Notes under the pieces: model-generated
Databases searched by the model: none
The model's input: only the letters and a program-made list of their open reading frames with translations
What the model was told of the DNA's origin: nothing
Part shown: positions 1 to 11,649 of the stretch, piece after piece
Position numbering within the stretch: position 1 is the stretch's first letter
Layout: every line of letters starts with the position of its first letter
Position numbers and translations under genes: made by a program
DNA from: Octopus sinensis
Taxonomy: Eukaryota
Direction: 5' to 3'
NCBI RefSeq assembly: GCF_006345805.1
Contig: NC_043007.1
Span: 20,522,001-20,586,000 of the forward strand
Length of the DNA stretch: 64,000 bases

Positions 1-227
1 TAACCCTTTAGCATTTAAACCGGCCATATCCAGCCCAAATTTTCTACTGCTTTTATGTTCAAACCATCCAGATCTGGCTTCTCACACAAGCCCTACCATA
101 TCATTCTAAAAATGAATAGTTACTTCATCAAATTCTCAGAACTACAAGATAATGCAGGATTAATTCAAAACAATGTGAATGAAAAAGCATTATATTTGAC
201 AGAGTAATCTGAACACTAAAGGGTTAA
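1..227 (+). mobile_element. TTAA-flanked MITE (piggyBac-like), family 1
   Basis: (T)TAA-CCCTTTAG ... CTAAAGGG-TTAA. Other copies at 16838-17066 and 43230-43850. Confidence 0.75.
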
Positions 228-291
228 AGAATTATGTTTTTCTTTTTTAGCAACTTATTTCAAATGTCAAATTTTCCCTTAACTTGATCAG

Positions 292-384
292 ACATTCCGG
301 GTATATGAATGCGGAAAAGAAGGACCAGTTTTGTTTCTTCTTCATGGAGGAGGGTATTCTGGATTATCTTGGGCTCTCTTGTCT
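292..384 (+). CDS. PPME1: PP2A methylesterase 1, internal exon (TFRVYECGKEGPVLFLLHGGGYSGLSWALLS)
   Basis: AG at 290-291 and GTAAGT at 385. The 93-nt translation matches the PME-1 HGGG oxyanion region (human TFRVYKSGSEGPVLLLLHGGGHSALSW). Upstream exons lie outside the window. Confidence 0.97.
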
Positions 385-723
385 GTAAGTACTCAGCACA
401 ATTATTTCTCTAATTTACAATATTGGTTTCAAAATTTGGCCAGCAACTTCAGGGAAGGGGATAAGTCAATAACATCAACCCCAGTATTCAACTGGTATGT
501 ATTTCAGTTCTGTATTTAAGAGATGATTAATTATGTGCATTATTTACATTTGACGGATATTTGTCGTCATCTCGTTTGTTGTTAACACAATGTCTCAGCT
601 GATATACCCGCCAACCTCCACTAACTACTACACCATATGCTCATGGGCATATGGCAAAGTGATTAAGAGCATAGGCTACTAAACCCAAGATTCCAAGTTC
701 AGTTCCAGGCTGTGACCTGAATA

Positions 724-1290
724 CGAGACCTTTGGAAATACGTTGTGCTTATGAAGACCCGGCAAGCCAAGTGAGACCATAACCTCATGGCCTATGTCAG
801 GGGTGTAACCAACCGACTTATGCATACTTTTCCTTCATTGGACACTAAACTCTGCTTGCGAAGACCTGTTGAGGCAGGTGAAATCAAAATCGAAATCAAA
901 TTCGATGACTGGCATCCATGCTAGTGAAGAGCACCATCCAAGTGTGATCGTTACCAGCGTTACCTTACTGGCACTTGTGCCGGTGGCACATGAAAAAGCA
1001 TTCGAGCGAGGTCGTTGCCAGTGCCGCTGGACTGGCTCCTGTGCAGGTGGCACGTAAAAAACACCATTTGAGCATGGCCATTACCAGTACTGCCTGACTG
1101 GGCCTTTTGCTGGTGGCGCATAAAAGCACCCACTACACTCTCAGAGTGGTTGGCATTAGAAAGGACATCCAGCTGTAGAAACACTCCTAGATCAGATTGG
1201 AGCCTGGTGCAGCCATCTGGTTCGCCAGTCCTCAGTCAAATCATCCAACCCATGCTAGCATGGAAAGCGGATGTTAAACGATGAATAATG
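724..1290 (+). mobile_element. 3' end of an RTE-clade LINE: ORF end (RDLWKYVVLMKTRQAK*) plus long 3' UTR with GTGGCACGTAAAAAGCACC subrepeats and a (GAT)n tail
   Basis: ORF end at 724-774 followed by the most abundant repeat in the window. About 18 5'-truncated copies, e.g. 1725-2040(-), 3180-3525, 5740-6030, 6640-7000, 7700-8030(-), 10325-10870, 11315-11615, 17425-17675, 20820-21290, 21560-22045, 22740-23010(-), 41285-41630, 45020-45262, 53490-53790(-). Clade assignment is an inference. Confidence 0.65.
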
Positions 1291-1325
<35 letters not shown>

Positions 1326-1344
1326 AACAACAACAAGAATAAAA

Positions 1345-1482
1345 AATATCTTAGGAATGAGAACCCAGGTTTGAAATTTCCCCAAGACACCTGATGAAGG
1401 CTGGAGAGTATATCAGCCGAAACATTGTGTTAACAACAAACAAGATGAGGACAAATATCCATCAAATGTAAATAATGTAAAT
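1345..1482 (+). mobile_element. Penelope-like repeat carrying a minimal hammerhead motif
   Basis: GACAC-CTGATGA-A-GGCTG..CAGCC-GAAAC at 1386-1431. A related degraded copy lies on the - strand at about 540-615. Confidence 0.55.
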
Positions 1483-2041
1483 ATGTATATTATCGATCCT
1501 GAAAAGATGAAAGGTAAAGTCGACCTTGGTAAAATTTGAACTCAGAAAGAAAGATGCAATGCCACTAAGCATTTTGCCCAGCAAGCTTACGAGCCTGCCA
1601 GCTTGCCGCCTTTCTTGCAGTCTTCTATAGGCACAAGGCCTGAAAATGTGTGAGGAGGGAGTAAGTTGATTACATTGACCCCAGTACTTGACTGGTACTT
1701 AAATAATAATAATAATCATCATCATCATCGTTTAACGTCCATTCTCCATGCTAGCATGGGTTGGACGATTTGACCGGGGATCTGGGAAGCCTGAAGACTG
1801 CACCAGGCTCCAGTCTGATCTGGCAGTGTTTCTACAGCTGGATGCCCTTCCTAACGCCAACCACTCCATGAGTGTAGTAGGTGCTTTTTATGTGCCACCT
1901 GCACAGGTGCCAGGCGAGGCTGGCAACGGCCACAATCGGATTGGTGTATTTTACGTGCCACCGGCACGGAAGCCAGTCAAGGCGGCGCTGGCATAGGCCA
2001 CGATTCGGATGGTGCTTTTACGTGCCACCGGCACAGAAGCC

Positions 2042-2073
<32 letters not shown>

Positions 2074-2545
2074 AATTATTGTGTCTAGTGCTCAGATGCA
2101 CTACAACTCATCAAAGGTGCATGTACAGTACATAGAATTATGTACAAAAGTTAGGAAACTGAACAGTGTATGAGTCAAGATATATATAATATTTAATGAA
2201 ATTATTGTATACAGTGCTCAGGTGCACCACAACTTGTCAAAAGTGCATATAAAGCATATGCAGTAATGTACAAATGCCTGGGAAGTGAACAATGTATGAG
2301 TCAGATACATGCTTGCGTGTGTATGGAGGGGAGAAAATCAGGTGTAGTGTTGGCGAATCTCAGGAAGCATGGAAGTTTTGAAGGATGCAGTGCTCCAACA
2401 ACAGATTCCGACAACTACAACAGATTTGTTCCATGCTTCAGCAACTCTCAGCGTGAAAAAATGTTTCCGAAAGTCATGGGAGCTGAGCTGTTTTCTGACT
2501 TTGTAAACATGTCCACAGGTGTTAGACAGGTGGAGTTTGAAAAGG
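2042..2545 (-). mobile_element. CR1-type LINE 3' fragment
   Basis: Minus-strand RKHFFTLRVAEAWN-type C-terminal RT motif and an (ATT)n tail. Sister copy at 59201-59665. Confidence 0.75.
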
Positions 2546-2926
2546 TGCTCATAGTTATTGTTTGTAAGACCTTGAAAGGATGAAAGGCAAAGTTGAGACC
2601 TCGGCAGAATTTGAACTTAGCATGTAACGATGGGTGAAATTTCACTAAGCATTTTGCCTGGCATGCTAACAATTCTGCCTGCTTGTTGCCTTCCATAATT
2701 TTCGACGTTGAAGCAAGTGGTCTGTCTTGGCAGCTTGTTATTGTAAGGGAGATAATCGTTCCTAGATCACTGTTAGCAGGATTAGAAATTTGAATTTTAG
2801 ATCGAAGAGCAAAAAGGTGCATAGAATATATTGCTTTAATTTGTTTCTTATTCATTACAAAGGTCTTGGTAATTGTTTAAGTTTTCATTGCTTCTATTAC
2901 CAATGAAGTTATATTTTTTAATGTCA

Positions 2927-3155
2927 GGCGGCGAGCTGGCAGAATCGTTAGCACGCCGGGCGAAATGCATAGCTGTATTTCGTCTGTCGTTATGTTCCGA
3001 GTTCAAATTCCGCCGAGGTCGACTTTGTCTTTCATCCTTTCGGGGTCGATAAATTAAATACCAGTTACGCACTAGAGTCGATATAATCGAGTTAATCCAT
3101 TTGTCTGTCCTTGTTCGTCCCCTCCGTGTTTAGCCCCTGTGGGTAGTAAAGAAAT
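2927..3155 (+). mobile_element. SINE family B (core GCCTTTCATCCTTTCGGGGTCGATAAATTAAGTACC), full-length copy
   Basis: tRNA-like head (B box GAGTTCAAATTCC), flanked by a near-identical ATATTTTTTAATGTCA duplication. Many other copies, e.g. 8925-9130, 14467-14702(-), 15160-15383(-), 29249-29398, 36755-37230, 47991-48534(-), 59680-59915, 60100-60440. Confidence 0.85.
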
Positions 3156-3601
3156 ATATATTTTTTTAATGTCAAAGCCCCATTCGAGCATGGTCGTTAC
3201 CTGTGTCGCCCTACTGGCACTTGTGCTGGCGGCACGTGAAAAAATATTCGAGCGAGGTCATTGCCAGTGCCGCTGGACTGGCTCCTGTGCAGGTGGCACG
3301 TAAAAAGCACCATTTGAGCATGGCTGTTGTGCCTCCTGACTGGCCCTCCTGGTGGCACGTAATAGAACCCACTACACTCTCGGGGTGGTTGGCGTTAGGA
3401 AGGGCATCCAGCTGTAGAAACTCTGCCTGATCAGATTGGAGTCTGGTGCAGCCATCTGGTTTGCCAGTCCTCAGTCAAATCGTCCAACCCATGCTAGCAT
3501 GGAAAGTAGACATTAAACGATGAAATAACAGTAATAATGTTTAATAAATGTTGCTTACTGCAAGTTATGGATGATTCTTTTATGACTTCATTGCTTTCAG
3601 G

Positions 3602-4892
3602 TGTTACGGTTTAGCTGGTGCATTTCCCGGTGACCCACATTGGAATTATGGTTCCGGCATGTCTAGTAGAAAAGTGACAGTCTTTTGTTTAATGGAGGAC
3701 TAATGGGTTTTGGAATGACCTGTGACCTTGTGCGGGTGAATTAGGGGTCGCTCTGGGCACCCCTTGAAGAAGTGAAGAGGAGGACAGATTAAGGGAATCT
3801 AAGAGCAGATGAAGAGGGTATTGACAGTTGGAGAGAAGGACAGGCAGAGAGTTTGGTAGAGCTGTCATGAGAGAGATAGAGTATAAGACTAAGGGACAGA
3901 TAGAGAGGCTAAGGGACAGTAGGCGATATAGATAGAGTAAGGAATCAGATAGCAAATAGAAAGACTATAGGTGGTAGAACAGAGGGAGATGAGGGAGTGG
4001 AAGTCAGGACAAGGAAGTGAGGTTCTGGGCAGTCGTTGAGCGGTCGTCGAAAAACACAGACGGATCTTGCGGTCGCTGGCCGGTCCTCGAGGAAGACAGT
4101 CGGATTCTGGAGGTCAGAGCGAGTGGATGGAACCTTGGATTTAAGGAGCAAGCGTTGGAATTCCTGGGAGCGAGCTGGGATGCGAGGAGGCCTAGGAGCG
4201 GGCGATTGGAATATGCACAGAGGGGAATCAGCAGAGTATTCAGAGGATTTAGCAGTATTAAGAGATGAGTGCAGAATGGGACACTGGCGATTCAGTTAGG
4301 AATTAAGGTATGTGTTTTGTGCATTGATTTGTGTCACGATGTAAAGAGACTGTAAAAGAAAAGAAAGAGAAAGAAGAGAGAAAAAGAAGGACTCTGTCGA
4401 TGTAGTCGATAAAGAACATTGTGAATTGAGTAAAGGACTTGTTGAATTGTAACGTGAATTGTTGTGATACGAACATTGTATAATGTATCGAAGTGTTCTG
4501 ATTGGACTGTGACGTATCGTGAACATTATTTGATCTGGACTTGTTGTGTCGTTACTGAACACTGTTATATTGTTACATGCATGTTGTTATATGCTTTGAT
4601 CTGTTGTATTATGTATTGAGTAGTCACGTGCATGTCTTCCTTTAAATGTCTGCCTTAAATGTATTTGATGTGTAGCAATTAATTGTCGTATAAACTGTTG
4701 TTTGAATATAAGCCAGTGTTGCCAGTTGTTGCCTTGCCTCTTTGGGTTGTATCTCGGGTTGTGCCTCTGTATCTCTGTGCTGTTGAGGTTGTGGCAGTAT
4801 CTATCTGTATCTCCTCTCTCCGCCTCTTTGGGCTCCGTGGCGGAACTTGTGTGAGCCGTTCGGGACGGGCGACGACGGGTGATTCCGTAACA
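3602..4892. mobile_element. Solo LTR (probably Ty3/Gypsy), 1291 bp
   Basis: Termini TGTTACGG...CCGTAACA (TG..CA, 8-bp inverted) flanked by the 4-bp direct duplication CAGG (3598-3601, 4893-4896). No internal coding region. Confidence 0.8.
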
Positions 4893-5230
4893 CAGGCTTA
4901 GCTTAAGGTATTTTCGCGCCCAACATCACAAAATGCGTCTGAATAAACATCGCCAGACAACAAATAGAGACTCGGACATTGCTTAGAAAATATTTTTCAT
5001 TTTTAACCTCATATATAGTACGCACTAGGGATTTTGATCTTTAAATTTTGGGAAAAAATGTGGATTATACTCGAGGATATACGGTACTTAACTAGACTCT
5101 GCTTACAGCAATATTCTTAAATATCTATCAACTTGGACATCGTTTTCGTTTTATAACCAGATTGCAGATTTTATTTATAAATATATATATTATTAATATT
5201 GGAACATCCTTAAACTTTCTATTTTGATAG

Positions 5231-5288
5231 GCAACCCTCTGTGAACTTGTTAGCTGCCGTTGTGTTGCTCTCGATTTGAGGGGACATG
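5231..5288 (+). CDS. PPME1: PPME1 exon (ATLCELVSCRCVALDLRGHG)
   Basis: AG/GTGAGT boundaries, 58 nt, ALDLRGHG motif, phase fits neighbours. Confidence 0.96.
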
Positions 5289-6061
5289 GTGAGTTTATAT
5301 CTTCTATAATTCTTCATCATTGTTCATTTATTTCCCATTTTCCTTTTCCCTTTTCTCTTTGTTTCAGTCATTAGACTGCGGCCATGCTGGAGCACTGCCT
5401 TGAAGAATTTTAGTTCAATGAATCAACCCCCACCATTACTTAGGTTTATAAAACCCGGTACTTATTCTATCAGTGTCTTTTGCTGAACTGCTAAGTTGCT
5501 GGGACATAAACACACCAACACCGGTGGTAGGGGACAAACACACATACAAAGAGACACACACACACATAGATATATATGATGGGCTTCTTTCAGATTCTGC
5601 CTACCAAATCTACTCACAAGGCTTTGGTCTGCGTGAGGCTAAAGTAGAAGACACTTGCCCAAGGTGCCATGCAGTTGGACTGAAACTGGAACCATGTGGT
5701 TCGGAAGCAAGCTTCTTACCACACAGCCACTCAGCACCGTCCGAACGTGGCAGATGCCAGCGCCGCCTGACTGGCGTCCGTGTTGGTGACATGTAAAAGC
5801 ACCAACCGATTGTGGACGTTTGCCAGCCTGCTCTGGCCCCTGTGCCGGTGGCACGTAAAAAGCACCCACTACACTCACGGAGTGGTTGGCGTTAGGAAGG
5901 GCATCCAGCTGTAGAAGCACTGCCAGATCAGACTAGAGCCTGGTGCAGCCTCCTGGCTTCCAGACCCCGGTCGAACTATCCAACCCAGGCTAGCATGGAA
6001 AACAGACGTTAAACGATGATGAGGATGATAGATTTAAAATACAATTTTATTGCTCTTTTAG

Positions 6062-6113
6062 GAGACTCTGTAACTGAAGATGACACTGATTTGTCTAGTG
6101 AAACATTATCAAG
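6062..6113 (+). CDS. PPME1: PPME1 exon (DSVTEDDTDLSSETLS)
   Basis: AG/GTAAGT, 52 nt, aligns to human ETKVKNPEDLSAETMA, phase compatible. Confidence 0.93.
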
Positions 6114-7044
6114 GTAAGTTTAAAATAACTTATAAATAATTTCTTATTTGTTAAACTGCTTCTGTTAAGTGTTACTGGATTTTCTGTTCTGCCCATTAAT
6201 CTTTTTGCTGTTTGGACTTGTTATGAGAGTAAAGTGTAGGAAAGATATCAGACGTATTGATCTCCCTTCTAAACTATGCCATCCGAAACAGAAATGAAGA
6301 TATTGTGATAGTAGTTTGTTGCTGTGGTGGCTAAGCAGTGATAAGAGTGTTGTGTGGTGGACCCAAATAGAAGATACAATGATAATATGTAAATGTTACA
6401 CAAATTATTAGGCTGTAAGTATTGGTTGTAAAGGAAATGGTGGTAGTGAGGTCTTTGAAGTGACTATTTCTAAAGGTATTGAGCTGTAAAACTTGCTGTA
6501 TATGCAATTTCAGTTGTAGAATAGAGACAATAACGTCTGATTTATTGTGTAGGTAGTCTGAAGATAGAGTAGATAGAGACATAGTTCATCAATGAATCTT
6601 TTTTTTTCTGCGATTTCTGAAAGATCCTTCTTGGGACACAAAACTCTACTTGCGAAAACCTGTTGAGGAAAGTAAAATTGAATCGAAATCAATGGAAATT
6701 GTAGTTGTGATGCCAGTGCCGGTGGCACGTAAAAAGCACCAACCAATCGTAGCCGTTGCCAGCCTTGTCTTGCACGTAAAAAGCACCAACTGATTGTGGC
6801 CGTTGCCAGCTTCGTCTGGTACGTAAAAAGCACCCACTACACTCACAGTGGTTGGCGTTAGGAAGGGCATCAAGCTGTAGAAACACTGCCAGATCAGACT
6901 GGAACCTGGTGCAGCCTCCTGGCTTCCCAGACCCTGGCCAAACCGTCCGACCCATGCTAGCATGGAAAGCGGATGTTAAACGATGATGATGATGATATGG
7001 TTGTTAGAATTGAATAGATAAAGCTAATTTTCTTAGATGCAACA

Positions 7045-7530
7045 TTAGCAATAGATGATTATGTATTCTTGCCAGGTGAGATCCATCCAAAGTGATACAA
7101 CAAGGATTTTGAACTGAACAAGATGGTTGTAATGTTGAGCTGGCCATGGAAAGGTGAGAAATTTCTTCTTTGGGGAGATGTAAACTGATTGAACCTCATT
7201 GATTGACAAACCTTTGTGGCTCACTCTCTCTTCAACCATTACTTATTTCCAGAAAAAAAAAAATAGAAAGAAAAAACTCATCACCATCCCACTTCTCAGC
7301 TCCAAACTTCAAGAATCCAACTTGCTGTTTTATAGGACACAGTAATCTCTCTTGAACTTTCAAGGAAACTGCAAATCCTCTGTTGACAAAGCTAAATTGA
7401 GGATAATTGGTTTCCTTCTCAGTGCTAAAATTTATTTTAATATCGAGCAGTAATTCACATTTAAAACATCTCAGTTTGCACAGGTATAGAATATTTTCCT
7501 TCATATCTAAAGTAGTACGACCAACCATGT
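7045..7530 (-). pseudogene. Possible decayed Penelope-like ORF fragment
   Basis: Minus-strand peptides (NYPQFSFVNR..., VGFLKFGAEK) loosely recall the Penelope RT thumb/linker. Judged by eye only. Confidence 0.25.
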
Positions 7531-8760
7531 CTCAAACGGCATTCAGAAAAGAGCATTTATTTAACAAACCTTTCCTCTGTTAAAATTCACAGACTCTGCT
7601 CGATTGAGCTGTTTGTTTTCTACCTCTTCTTATTCTATTACTTCTAATCCATTGAACCTAATATATCTGTACCAAATTTAAGCCATAACTACTCCCTCAT
7701 CATCATCATCATCATCTTCGTTTAACGTCCACTTTCCATGCTAGCGTGGGTTGGATGGTTCAACTGGGGTCTGGGAAGCCCGAAGGCTGTACCAGGCCCA
7801 GTCAGATCTGGTAGTTTTTCTACAGCTGGATGCCCTTCCTAACGCCAACCACTCCGTGAGTGTAGTGGGTGCTTTTTACATGCCACCGACACAGGTGCCA
7901 GATGAGGCTGGCGAATGGCCACGCTCGGATGGTGCTTTTTACGTGCCACTGGCAGGGAGGCCAGGCGAGGCTGGCAACGGCCACGATCGGATGGTGTTTG
8001 TTACGTACCACCGGCACGGAGGCCAGGCCCTGAATTTTTATTTTTGTTTCGTAGTTTTTGCATTTCTTGTGTCTCTCAGAACCAATACACAGTGTATCTT
8101 CTCTGGTACCAATTTTGTGTGTATGTACTGCGATCAAGTAATAACTCTTGTGACTTTAAGCTTAACAATAAGCATTCAACTGCAGCCACCTGTTCTACAT
8201 AGTAAAGTTTTTACCATACAGCCACCACTCCTGCGTAATAGGAAAGTAATATTAATTTTGTTTTTTGTATCGGAAAATTATGACGGATAGGATTCAATAA
8301 AAGAGTTATTTTCTCCAATGTGAATTGTATTATTTATTCATATTGTTTTTAATTATTCGTGCATTATCTCATAGCTTTGAGATTTCAAAAATGGGATTGT
8401 ATATTTTTAGAATGACATTATAAGGGAGGTTTGAGAGGTTGGATCAGGTCACTTTTAAAACATTAAACACAGAATATTGGAGCCAGTTATAGCTGGTTTA
8501 AATACAAAACTGTTACTTTGAAAGCCCAGTAGAGTTAAGTGTCTTGACCAAGAGTTGAAGTAACAGACGTGAAGTTCCATCATTTGATTCTGATGTAAAG
8601 TTTGTTTCAGTACTGCATGGCATAGTAGAAAAAAAAAAGACTTATGGAAAGATAAGAATAATCATTGAGAGACGTTTTCTGTTTTGTTGAGAAACTATGA
8701 AACCAATTCTTAAATTCTTTACAAATGATGCAAAATTAAACATTATCATTTCTTTTTCAG

Positions 8761-8832
8761 TGATGTTGGTGCTGTAATTAACGAAATGTATGGAACTGAC
8801 AATCCTCCGCCTATTATTCTCATAGGTCACAG
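8761..8832 (+). CDS. PPME1: PPME1 exon (DVGAVINEMYGTDNPPPIILIGH plus first two nt of the catalytic Ser)
   Basis: AG/GTGAGC, 72 nt, PPPIILIGHS motif. Confidence 0.97.
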
Positions 8833-9788
8833 GTGAGCTGGATTATTATTATTATTAATTTATTATTATTATTATTACTATTACTATTATTATTATTATT
8901 ACCACTACCACCACCACCACCAGCTGGAAGGCAGAATTGTTAGTGTGCTGGACGTAATGGTTAGCGGTATTTTGCCCATCGCTATGTTCTGAGTTCAAAT
9001 TCTGCCAAGGTCAACTTTGCCTTTCACCTTTTTTGGGGTCGATAAATTAAGTACCAGTGAAACACTGAGGTCAATATAATCAACTAGTCTCCACCCCACA
9101 AATTTGAGGCCTTGTGCCTCCAGTCGAAAGGACTACTACTACTGCTGCGATTACTACTACTACTACTACTACTACTACTACAGTGGTGAGCTAATACTTA
9201 GTAGCATTTCGTCTGTCTTTATGTTCTGAGTTCAAATTCCGCTAGGGTTGACTTTGCCTTTCATCCTTTCATGGTCAATGAAGTAAATACCAGTTGTAAT
9301 CAACTAGCCTCCTCCTACAAATTTCAGGCCTTGTGCCTATAGCAGAAAAAGCTTTACTATTATTAATTGCAATATTCTTGTACAGTCTGTAATGCAATTT
9401 CTTTAATAGTTATAAGATAAGATTGCCTATTTTAAATCTATCTAAACATCTCCAGTGTCTCAAGAATTCATTTACTCTGACCAACTTATTAAGAAAGGAC
9501 AGATTTTAACTTCTCTGGGAAGTAGAGTGTCTTATTCACATTTCCAACATATGTAACATAATCTCGTGGCCTATGCCAGGGGCGTTACCAGCCCACTTAT
9601 GCGTACCTTTTCCTTGTTTGGACACTAAAACTCTGCTTGCGAAGACCTGTTGAGGCAGAACGTAACAGCAGACGAAATACAGCTACGCATTTCGCCCGGC
9701 GTGCTAACGACTCTGCCAGCTCGCTGCCTTATAATAAAACGTTTATTACAGCTGATTAAAATTTCTTCATTATGCCTTTATCTTTCAG

Positions 9789-9874
9789 TATGGGGGCTGC
9801 AATAGCTGTACACACTGCTGTAAGGTCACTGGTACCCTCTTTGGCTGGTTTGGTTGTTATTGATGTTGTTGAAG
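9789..9874 (+). CDS. PPME1: PPME1 exon (MGAAIAVHTAVRSLVPSLAGLVVIDVVE), contains the catalytic Asp
   Basis: AG/GTAGGG, 86 nt, completes the GHSMG elbow and IDVVEG. Confidence 0.97.
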
Positions 9875-11018
9875 GTAGGGAGTTCTGTTTTTTATATTTT
9901 TGATCTTTTTCTTTTACTTGTTTCAGTCATTGGAATGCGGCCTTGCTGGAGCACTGCTTTGAAGAATTGATTCCAGTACTTTTATTCTATCAGTCTCTTT
10001 TGCTGAACTGCTAAGGTGCAGGAATGTAAACAGACGAACAACAGTTGTCAAATGGTGGTGGGACACACACACACACACACGATGGGCTTCTCTGTGTTCA
10101 CATCTACCAAATCTACTCACAAAGCTTCTGGTAGCTATAGGTTATAGTTGAAGATACTTGCCCAAGGTAACATGCAGTGGAACTGAACCCAGAGCTATGT
10201 GGTTGGGAAGTAAACTTCTTAACCATACAGCCGTGCCTGCACCTGACATGGCCACCACTTTCTTTACCAAATGTTACAAAGAATGTTTCATTTGACATAA
10301 TTTAAAACATTGTTTTTAATTAAAATCGGCCGACGCCAGTGCCACCTTCACTGGCTTCCGTGCCAGTGGCACATAAAAAAGCACCAACCGATCGTGACCA
10401 TTACCAGACTCCCCTGGCGCCTGTGCCCGTGGCACCTAAAAAGCACTATCCGTACTTGGCCGATGCCAGCGCCGGCTTGACTGGCTTCTGTGTCGGTGGC
10501 ACGTAAAAACCACCAACTGATCGTGGCCGTTGCCAGACTCCCCTGGCACCTGTGCCCGTGGCACATAAAAAACACCATCTGTACGTGGTCAATGCCAGCG
10601 CCACTATGACTGGCTTCCGGGCTGGTGGCACGTAAAAAGCACCAATCGATTGCGGTCGTTGCCAGCCTCCCCTGGCACCTGTGCCGGTAGCATGTAAAAA
10701 AACACTCTCACTACACTCACAGAATGGTTGGCATTAGGAAGGGCATCCAGCTGTAGAGACACTGCCGGATCAGACTGGAGCCTGGTTCAGCCTCCTGGCT
10801 TCCCAAACCCCGGTCGAACCGTCCAACCCATGCTAGCACGGAAAACGGACATTAAACAATGATGATGCTGATGTGATGCTTATCAAGTTTGCAATGGAAT
10901 TTTAAGCAATTATGATATCAATATATTGTTTTGTCAGTTTTTCTGTTATTTCAAATTCTACCAACAACTTTGTTTTTTTTTAACAGTCCTTAAATTTTGG
11001 TTTCTAAATTCTATACAG

Positions 11019-11109
11019 GCACAGCAATGGAAGCATTAAGCAGCATGCAGAGTTTTCTACGTGGACGTCCATCATTTTTCAGATCCATAGAGGAAGCTAT
11101 TGAATGGAG
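11019..11109 (+). CDS. PPME1: PPME1 exon (TAMEALSSMQSFLRGRPSFFRSIEEAIEW)
   Basis: AG/GTGAGA, 91 nt, close match to human TAMDALNSMQNFLRGRPKTFKSLENAIEW. Confidence 0.97.
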
Positions 11110-11649
11110 GTGAGATAAATAAATATGTATTTTCCTTATATTGTTTAATGAATTCAGTTGCAAATGCCACCACTGCTACTGGATGAGTTTTGTCTGCTCC
11201 TGATATGTTTCTGTGGTTTTTTAACACTATACATTCACTTAAAAGAGATGCAATCTTGAGACAAATACTACAGTTTAACTTTAAACATAGTACCTGCTTT
11301 AAGATTGTTATATCGCCTTGACTGGCTTCTGTGTTGGTGGCACATAAAAAGCACCAACCGATCGTGGCTGTTGCCAGCCTCCCCTGGCACCTGTGCCGGT
11401 GGCACGTAAAAAGCACCCACTACACTCACGGAGTGGTTGGCGTTAGGAAGGGCATCCAGCTGTAGAAACACTGCCAGATCAGACTGGAGCCTGGTGCAGC
11501 CTCCTGGCTTCCCAGATCCTGGTCAAAGCGTCCAACCCGTGCTAGCATGGAAAGCGGACGTTAAATGATGATGGTGGTGGTGGCGGTGGCGGCGGCGACG
11601 ACGATGATGATGATAGGTATATTTTTACAAAAAATGCTTTATTATTTAA

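Noticed and set aside
331-519. Track ORF MFLLHGGG... as a standalone gene
   Set aside because: It is part of a PPME1 exon (292-384) read through the donor into intron.
835-1184. Recurrent ORFs such as [21 protein letters not shown]... seen at many loci
   Set aside because: They are antisense or alternate-frame translations of the RTE 3' UTR repeat, with no conserved start, stop or frame between copies.
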